Shown here: positions 57,989 through 64,000 of the stretch, in pieces
How the letters are laid out: every line of letters begins with the position of its first letter
How positions within the stretch are numbered: position 1 is the stretch's first letter
IMG/VR virus record: IMGVR_UViG_3300034071_000380
Span: 14,687-78,686 of that record
Direction: 5' to 3' (one strand)
DNA length: 64,000 nt
Source of the DNA: a virus
Program-made: the position numbers and the translations under genes
Notes under the pieces: generated by a model
What the model was told of the DNA's origin: nothing
Databases searched by the model: none
The model's input: the letters and a program-made list of their open reading frames with translations, nothing else

Positions 57989-58174
57989 ATGCTAGGTTAT
58001 GAAATGGCAGATATAGATGAGATGATTAACTCAGTTCATGATGCTAAGTTATTCTATCTTAGGACCCCGTCCGATTTGATCGACAAGGAACCATTAGTTA
58101 AAAGCTTGGAAAAGACAGTTAGTTTTCTTCAAGGTTTATGGGCAGAAGGATATTTTGATGGCTACCAAGACTAG
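57989..58174 (+). CDS. Hypothetical early protein
   Basis: GGAGG RBS. Confidence 0.65.
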   Translation: MLGYEMADIDEMINSVHDAKLFYLRTPSDLIDKEPLVKSLEKTVSFLQGLWAEGYFDGYQD

Positions 58175-58346
58175 TAGATTCCTAGAATATATAAAGCTTC
58201 ATCTAATTAGTCTTATCCAGGACTTAGACAACTTACATTCAACTGATGATAACTTTAAATTTGTTGAAGGACAAATTGAGGCAACCAAGCATTTATTGTC
58301 AGTGGCTACTGATATAATGAACTCTTCTAACGAAAGGTATGAATAA
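58155..58346 (+). CDS. Hypothetical early protein
   Basis: Its 3' end encodes the promoter at 58296. Confidence 0.58.
   Translation: MMATKTSRFLEYIKLHLISLIQDLDNLHSTDDNFKFVEGQIEATKHLLSVATDIMNSSNERYE
58296..58318 (+). promoter_or_regulatory. PafBC/RecA-NDp-type promoter within coding sequence
   Basis: TTGTCAGTG-gctactga-TATAAT. Confidence 0.78.
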
Positions 58347-58639
58347 TGAGAGATACAAGTATTACTGAACTCCCGCCCCATTTGCAACGCATGGTCAATT
58401 ACGACATTAATGGATTAGACATAATGCATGGCGAACTAAAGAACCTAATGCTTATTTGGGAAAAAGAATTAGAAAATGCCCAAGAGATTGAGGATGAATC
58501 AGGAGACGCTATGGACTCTATGGAGCGAAAGTATTGCGAAGGCTTCCTTGACTCCTTGGTTGCTCTATATAATCTAACATATCAACTATCATTTCAAATC
58601 GGTATCAGAAAAGAAAACAGAAAGGACGGGCACCTGTAA
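58346..58639 (+). CDS. Hypothetical early protein
   Basis: GAAAGG RBS. Confidence 0.65.
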   Translation: MRDTSITELPPHLQRMVNYDINGLDIMHGELKNLMLIWEKELENAQEIEDESGDAMDSMERKYCEGFLDSLVALYNLTYQLSFQIGIRKENRKDGHL

Positions 58640-58866
58640 TGGCAACATACAGAGTACTAGGAGAAAAGCCAATGATGTATTGGGTGGAATTGCAAGCAAA
58701 GGATTCATATGAGGCATATGACCTTGCTGAGAAACTAACTACAGATAAATGGAATGAACTAGAGCAAGACAATGTAATTGAACCTGTAGATGTATATCTA
58801 AATGATGAAGAAGAAGAGTTTGTATTTGACCAAGTTAATGTGATAGGAGTAAATGATGAAGCCTGA
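58639..58866 (+). CDS. Acidic hypothetical early protein
   Basis: TAATG-coupled. Confidence 0.62.
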   Translation: MATYRVLGEKPMMYWVELQAKDSYEAYDLAEKLTTDKWNELEQDNVIEPVDVYLNDEEEEFVFDQVNVIGVNDEA

Positions 58867-59170
58867 TGACAAAGATAAGTTAAATAAGTGTTTAGAGATT
58901 CTTGATACCACCGACCTTGGTCTATCCATGGTATGGCTATGGACCTGGTCGACAATCAACAACATCCTAGAAGATGACACGTATCAGGCAAAAGCAACAA
59001 AGGACGAGATGTGGGGGCACCTGTGTGAGGCTGTAGAGGCAGGCCAGGGGTTCTCTCTAGAGTGGGGTGCAGAACAGCACAACGAAGAGGTACTTGATTG
59101 GATGTTAAGCAGGGACTACATCGTAGATCCTGAAGACCTAGATGAGGAGGACGAAGATGAAGATGAGTGA
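58853..59170 (+). CDS. Acidic hypothetical early protein
   Basis: AGGAG RBS; Asp/Glu tail. Confidence 0.65.
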   Translation: MMKPDDKDKLNKCLEILDTTDLGLSMVWLWTWSTINNILEDDTYQAKATKDEMWGHLCEAVEAGQGFSLEWGAEQHNEEVLDWMLSRDYIVDPEDLDEEDEDEDE

Positions 59171-59411
59171 TGATTACATCAATGATCAATTAAACAAAGC
59201 CCAAAAGCTTTTATGGGGTGGCAGCGAAACTGAAAACATTGAAGCCCACAATATCATTAGTAAACTAATTAAAGATAGGGTAGAACAAATAAATTTGTAG
59301 GGGCGGTTAAACGCTGTTACGGAGACAATTAAATATCGGCTGGAACTATTTACAAATTCGTAAATAGTTGATATAATTAATACAAATCAATCTCTTGAAA
59401 GGGGATAACAA

Positions 59412-59561
59412 ATGACAACAAAGCGTGAATATCTAAAGCAGCAGGGCATTACAGTAGGAGCTCGTGGACGTTTCTCAGGAGCAGCCAAGGTAGCTCTTCA
59501 AGAAGCAGTAGCTAAGGGCGTAACCTTTACAGCAGAGCCAAAGGTCAACAAGGCTAAGTAA
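59412..59561 (+). CDS. lsr2: Minimal Lsr2-like DNA-binding protein (49 aa, not in ORF track)
   Basis: MTTKREYLKQQGITVGARGRFSGAAKVAL resembles the Lsr2 C-domain (REWA..NG..V..RGRI); TTTACA-N17-TATAAT promoter and GAAAGGGG RBS. Confidence 0.72.
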   Translation: MTTKREYLKQQGITVGARGRFSGAAKVALQEAVAKGVTFTAEPKVNKAK

Positions 59562-59653
59562 CAACCATAGATCGAAGGGGTGGTTGAGCACGTGCTTGCC
59601 ACCCCTTCCCTATTGTGATAAAATGACGGGTAAGAACTTAGAAAGGCGGACAA

Positions 59654-60052
59654 ATGACATCACCTGAACTTAAATTAGCAGAGCAAATAGCAAATGTAGC
59701 AGACAATCATTTCTTTAATCCAGGAATCATTGCACACTATTTATCCGAACAACCACATTACACAATCGACAGAATAACTGAGTTAGTCGTTCACATCATT
59801 AGGCAACAGGCAAAGCGACACAGGTTGGATTGGGCGGACGGAACTACATCAGAGGGTCTATTCCTAGCCAATGAACTAAGCAAAGCCTATGACTTAATTA
59901 TGAGCGGTCACAACTGGAATAATCTAACATTACCCAAAACTAAACCATTAGAAAAAATGGCGGAGGAACCAGTAAGAACAAACAACTCTTGGCTACATAG
60001 AGAATATATAGACAATACTCCAAATCTCAATGATCAACGAGTTATAATGTAA
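59654..60052 (+). CDS. Hypothetical protein
   Basis: Extended -10 TGATAAAAT and GAAAGG RBS. Confidence 0.68.
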   Translation: MTSPELKLAEQIANVADNHFFNPGIIAHYLSEQPHYTIDRITELVVHIIRQQAKRHRLDWADGTTSEGLFLANELSKAYDLIMSGHNWNNLTLPKTKPLEKMAEEPVRTNNSWLHREYIDNTPNLNDQRVIM

Positions 60053-60576
60053 TTAAACATACTGCCCAAATGATCCACAGGATATTTATATCTTGTGGAT
60101 TTTTTGCATGTCTAGAATGTGTGGGTAATGTGGGCAACATTTGCGCTTTACGACAGCATGAAAAAAATCCCTGAAATATTCCACAAAATGTCGACAAATC
60201 TATATAGAAACATAGAGAATGTATATTAAATCTAATAGAATGTATGCAGAATCTGCCCAAATTTTGTCACAAATTGTCGACATATCTATTGACAAATTGG
60301 GGGCAAATATGCATCATTACGGGGCTATTGACAAAATCCCTGAAATATGTAGGCATATGGGGAGATGTGGAGCAAAATGGTATTAAGTGGGGATATTTAA
60401 AAAGGCTGCCCAATTACACATATATCTCTATGTCGATAAATAGATAGTAATCACAAGGGAATTAATAGTAATTATTTTCATCTCTATCTATATCTATGCA
60501 GTCAAATAAGCCTTCTAAGGGGGTTTTAAGACATGTTTATGGGCGGGGGGATATAGGAGTTAAGACCTATTTTGAT

Positions 60577-60768
60577 CTATTTGCAAGCTAAGCAGTAGAA
60601 GGGTGATCTCATATGGTCTGTGTGTGTCACAATAATCTGAGCACATTTGACACATCTTGCTTGCATTAGATCATGCTGCTCTAAATCATAGATTGAGACT
60701 TTTAGAGTCTTTGTGTAATATACCTTGGTTAGGTACCATGTTATTAATATAGCTAATATAGTTATCAT
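60577..60768 (-). CDS. Membrane-anchored zinc-ribbon protein
   Basis: N-terminal TM; CVKC..CLAC. Confidence 0.55.
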   Translation of the reverse strand: MITILAILITWYLTKVYYTKTLKVSIYDLEQHDLMQARCVKCAQIIVTHTDHMRSPFYCLACK

Positions 60769-60802
60769 ATGTCTATTGTAGCATTTCTCTTGCTTCCCGC
60801 CA

Positions 60803-60985
60803 TCAATCTTCCGCCCTCTCCAAGAGCAGTGCCTTGTTCATCCAGATCTCTCCTTGGGGATTAATTGAGTACATCATATACATTAACTCTCCACATAATA
60901 GACACTCTGGAATGTATGTTAGTTTGATTATATCCATGGTCATTTCTGATCCACATTTACATTGCCATCCATAGGTATGGTTCAT
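60803..60985 (-). CDS. Zinc-ribbon protein
   Basis: CKC..CLLC. Confidence 0.55.
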   Translation of the reverse strand: MNHTYGWQCKCGSEMTMDIIKLTYIPECLLCGELMYMMYSINPQGEIWMNKALLLERAED

Positions 60986-61470
60986 ACTCTTGGCTCCCCG
61001 CCTTTTATTCAGCTAATTGAATGGGAATCAATATGAGGCACCTCGTGCACACATCATAGGTTGAGCCAGTATATGGGCAAGTTCCTGCCTGTGTCAGGAT
61101 ATGGCCCTTAAATCTGCATATGATGCCATTGATAAAATTCTTAAAAATGTCTTCTACCGCCGCACTTTTTCGCTTCACTAATTGCGATCAATTGGGTCAA
61201 TATCTTCTTCATCATCATAGAATGAATCAAATCTCATATCTTTAAATTGCATGAGATAGTTAAATACAATAGCTCCTATGCCTACGAATGATAGGATAAG
61301 GATAGTTAGCTTCTTACTCAAAGTCCACCTGATTCTCGTACATGCTTGAATCAATTGTAGATCCAATCCATATTGCTGACCCGCCACAAACGCATCCTAT
61401 GGACTTAGCCATAGATACATGTGTTTCAAAGGTCATCTTGGTGCCGCATGCCTTGCATACGAATATATAT

Positions 61471-61707
61471 TTATTCACTCTTATCTGCTTTCTCTGCTTC
61501 CCGCCTCCATAGAAGATAGGATTTAACGTATACAATGCCATAAGCAACTGCAGCAATAATAAACCCATACTGCTTGGTTGTTAAAGCATAGACAATCCAA
61601 AGGCATTCATTAACGCAAAGGATTAGCCAACCCCAAATAGTCTTACGACCTACAAAAAATATGCCTGTAACGCCAATTGCTGCTAGGACATAAGACCAGT
61701 ATTCCAT
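61471..61707 (-). CDS. PnuC-like small membrane protein
   Basis: Three TM helices; GRKTIWGW..LWIVYA..QYG. Confidence 0.65.
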   Translation of the reverse strand: MEYWSYVLAAIGVTGIFFVGRKTIWGWLILCVNECLWIVYALTTKQYGFIIAAVAYGIVYVKSYLLWRREAEKADKSE

Positions 61708-61952
61708 TACTTACTCTCCAACCTTTTTTCCCAAAGATCAATCAAACTTTCATGCCCAATATCATCAAAGTAATAACGCCTTGCGTTACTATCATAGGTA
61801 TATCCGTACCATAATCCGCCTTCTTCCCAAGATAGATTATCTGTAGGCTCATTCAAAGCTGCATCGATCTGATCATAGAAGTGTACCTCAGCAAATATAG
61901 CACGTCTTAGTGGTTCCCACCAAAATAATCTATTAACTAACCAATCAATCAT
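61707..61952 (-). CDS. Hypothetical protein
   Basis: Operonic. Confidence 0.6.
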   Translation of the reverse strand: MIDWLVNRLFWWEPLRRAIFAEVHFYDQIDAALNEPTDNLSWEEGGLWYGYTYDSNARRYYFDDIGHESLIDLWEKRLESK

Positions 61953-62342
61953 TTAGAATGGAACTTCCGCAAACTTCTTGTATGATGGGAACTGATCTCC
62001 TGGAAGATTTTGACTCTTAGATAAGCTAAATGTAGTTACTGCAATTGATTCAGCATTGATCTCATAAGAGGTACGCTTTGTACCTTCCTTATCCGTCCAG
62101 TTTTCTTCATACACCTTACCCACAATGATTACTTCTTGCCCCTTCTTTAGAACGTCCTTAGACTGCTCTGCAAGGCGCTTCCAAGCCTTTACTGTCCACC
62201 ATGAGGTATTCTTGTCTTCCCACTCACCTGTAGTGTCATTCTTTACACGATCATTTGTTGCAACTCGTAGACGCAAGCCATTTGAGCCAATAGCCTCTGG
62301 ATCTTGCCCAATTCTACCCACAATTGTTATTACTGGATTCAT
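61953..62342 (-). CDS. ssb: Single-stranded DNA-binding protein
   Basis: ITIVGRIGQDPE, WWTVKAW..LAE, LKKGQEVIIVG, WTDKEG; C-terminal EVPF. Confidence 0.9.
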   Translation of the reverse strand: MNPVITIVGRIGQDPEAIGSNGLRLRVATNDRVKNDTTGEWEDKNTSWWTVKAWKRLAEQSKDVLKKGQEVIIVGKVYEENWTDKEGTKRTSYEINAESIAVTTFSLSKSQNLPGDQFPSYKKFAEVPF

Positions 62343-62641
62343 TTGTTTTCCTTTATCGCTAAGATGTTCTTGCTATTTACTAGCAGGAACTTATTTCCCT
62401 CATCATCTTCTATGTTGGTACCAGCATGTTCAGGGAAATAAACTACGTCTCCCTCGCTTATTTCCAAAATAGGAATGACCTCGCCTTTATAGTTAGCCTC
62501 ACCTCCGCCAACAGCAACTACTTCTCCCATAGCTGGCCCATTGTCTGAAAATGTTGCAGAGATGACAAGACCAGTTTTAGTGGTCTTTTCTCCTGTATTA
62601 ATTTTCTTTACTAATATAATATTTCCTAGTGGTTTAATCAT
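62339..62641 (-). CDS. groS: Co-chaperonin GroES
   Basis: IKPLGNIILVK, TKTGLVI, GEVVAVGGG, GDVVYF, ILA. Confidence 0.88.
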   Translation of the reverse strand: MIKPLGNIILVKKINTGEKTTKTGLVISATFSDNGPAMGEVVAVGGGEANYKGEVIPILEISEGDVVYFPEHAGTNIEDDEGNKFLLVNSKNILAIKENK

Positions 62642-62672
62642 ACCTTAATGATACTAAATATATGTAGGTACG

Positions 62673-62855
62673 TCAAGCACTTTTTTTAATTGGTTTTATG
62701 TTAGGCCTTTTCCAGTTACGATAGATCTTATGTTCATCTAACCATAAAACTATCTTATCTCTTGGTATCTTTAGATCTTCCGCTATTTCTGTAACTGATC
62801 TTTCTTGAACTACATACTGTTGATACAGCCAATCTTTGTCCATGTATTTATACAT
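62673..62855 (-). CDS. Helix-turn-helix protein
   Basis: DKDWLYQQY..RSVTEIAEDLKI....I..WL..HKI. Confidence 0.68.
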   Translation of the reverse strand: MYKYMDKDWLYQQYVVQERSVTEIAEDLKIPRDKIVLWLDEHKIYRNWKRPNIKPIKKSA

Positions 62856-62917
62856 GAGCCCCCTTTAAATAATGAAAACCCACATAATTAAATGTGGGCT
62901 GTCATTAAAGTAATCAA

Positions 62918-63109
62918 TTATACTTTCTTTCGTCCTGTTTTCTTTTGTGGCTTTGGCATCAAATTTGTTTCTCTGCGGATACCGTGTCTATTTGTATCTA
63001 TCTTTAGTCCTTGACGTGGATTTTTTCTGGTTGCTTCTCTGCTTGTTACTGCACCTGATGGTGTTGGGTTAGCTGGAGCATCCATTCCTGTTCCGTTAAT
63101 ATCTGACAT
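62918..63109 (-). CDS. Small basic disordered protein
   Basis: 63 aa; N-terminus resembles 63267..63458. Confidence 0.55.
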   Translation of the reverse strand: MSDINGTGMDAPANPTPSGAVTSREATRKNPRQGLKIDTNRHGIRRETNLMPKPQKKTGRKKV

Positions 63110-63266
63110 TAAGCGTTTAGATCCATTTCTCTATTCCATGTTTCGCTGTCTGTGCCAAACATTTCTGGTGATGGTAGTTGGCCTGGACCAACATCGTATA
63201 CATTTTGATTAGGCATTTCTACGCCCATGAATGCTTCTTTGCCGCATCCACACATAGCGCACATAA

Positions 63267-63458
63267 TTACTTACCTGTACCGAATGCTGATGTCTCTGCT
63301 GCAGTGTGAACCATCTTATTTGTTGTTCCTGCTGGACCTTGCTGTGTCATGTCCTTTGCTGGGAATGCTGATCCTGGGTTTGGAGCATATCCTGCATCAA
63401 TGTTATTTGTTCCTGCTGGCTTTGTAGCGCTAAATCCGTCTGTGTTAATTCCGTCCAT
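63267..63458 (-). CDS. Small disordered protein
   Basis: AGGAG RBS; extended -10 at 63516-63524. Confidence 0.6.
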   Translation of the reverse strand: MDGINTDGFSATKPAGTNNIDAGYAPNPGSAFPAKDMTQQGPAGTTNKMVHTAAETSAFGTGK

Positions 63459-63858
63459 TTTGTTTCTCCTATAGGGTTTTAATTTAGATGGGTCTAGAAA
63501 TCCATCTATGAATCTATTATAGCATTTAGTTGATTAGGACTTATACTTGTCGTGCCAGCACTTATCACAAATGTTTATGTATTTAGTCTGGCTTGTTGTT
63601 ATTCTAGTTGCCTCATTTTGACAATCTGGCATTTCGCATAAGTCTATATTTATCATTAATTACTTAGGGCCTTTAGCCTTTTGACCTCTATATCCAGTCT
63701 TTTTCTTATTCATACTTCCAGGCTTTTTGTAACCAGCCCCGTTAGGTGTTGCTGCAATTCTTTGCTCTAAAGCTTTTTGAATTTTATCTAAATGTTTTCC
63801 CATAATTCCTTCTTAATTAGAATGGGGCGGGATAAGCTCCCGCCCCACTTTAAATTAA

Positions 63859-64000
63859 TTACTTAACTAAAGTAACTTTTGCCTTTGGATTCTTCTTGTT
63901 CCACTGAATAGCCAACTTGTTGAATGCGGCCTTCATAGACTTGATTGCTGCTGCATTATCTGCAGTCAACTTAGCAATAGTTGCATCATATGCAACCTTT
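63859..64000 (-). CDS. C-terminus of a protein starting outside the window
   Basis: ..AIKSMKAAFNKLAIQWNKKNPKAKVTLVK*, followed by a GC hairpin at 63823-63847. Confidence 0.6.
   Translation of the reverse strand, partial: KVAYDATIAKLTADNAAAIKSMKAAFNKLAIQWNKKNPKAKVTLVK

Larger units (their letters stand above)
49804..60345 (+). repeat. Dispersed co-oriented element GGG-N13-TTACG-N16-CCCTGAAA (9 copies)
   Basis: TTACG at 50478, 52080, 53701, 55010, 57511, 60148, 60317, each exactly 16 nt before CCCTGAAA. Variants at 49840 (TTAAG..CCCTGGAT) and 59317 (TTACG..GGCTGGAA). Confidence 0.9.

Noticed and set aside
49804-60345. Repeated intergenic element as a CRISPR array, integron attC or IS ends
   Set aside because: Copies are mostly kilobases apart, conserve only short blocks, and lack attC-type inverted cores, terminal inverted repeats or a nearby integrase/transposase.
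60042-60447. ORFs 60042..60260 and 60244..60447
   Set aside because: No RBS; they run across the repeated cis motifs and are probably spurious.
1-64000. Alternative genetic code, or introns/inteins in RNR, portal or capsid
   Set aside because: Hallmark genes are full length and uninterrupted in the standard code.

Overview
A 64-kb piece of an AT-rich, large tailed (siphovirus-like) phage genome. The host is most likely an Actinobacterium; this is inferred from an Lsr2-like gene, PafBC/RecA-NDp-type promoters and GAAAGG ribosome-binding sites, and the style resembles freshwater actinophages. Positions 1-17 kb (minus strand) hold the virion core. This includes a >2600-aa tape-measure protein that runs off the left edge and carries an ADP-ribosyltransferase, a CHAP and a LysM domain. 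It also includes frameshifted tail chaperones, tail tube, head-tail genes, HK97-type capsid, protease/scaffold and portal. Positions 17-43.5 kb (minus) hold about 26 kb of fibre/decoration genes (collagen-like, FN3/Ig, Gly-rich, LamG), interleaved with glycosyl-, methyl- and sulfotransferase-like genes and an APS kinase fusion. Positions 43.6-47.8 kb hold class II RNR, a GT4 glycosyltransferase and a lysozyme-like protein. Positions 48.7-60.4 kb (plus) form an early-type region of tiny genes, DUF932, a CAU tRNA and a minimal Lsr2-like gene. This region has the most striking structure. It has 13 promoters matching the actinobacterial DNA-damage (PafBC) motif wTGTCRgtg-N8-TAnnnT. It has 9 co-oriented copies of a fixed-spacing element GGG-N13-TTACG-N16-CCCTGAAA that I do not recognise. 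It also has phased DnaA boxes, CRP/GlxR boxes, GACACGCC sites and two covarying mini-pseudoknots. Positions 60.5-64 kb (minus) hold SSB, GroES, a PnuC-like gene and small ORFs. All calls come from reading motifs by eye; no database searches were run.
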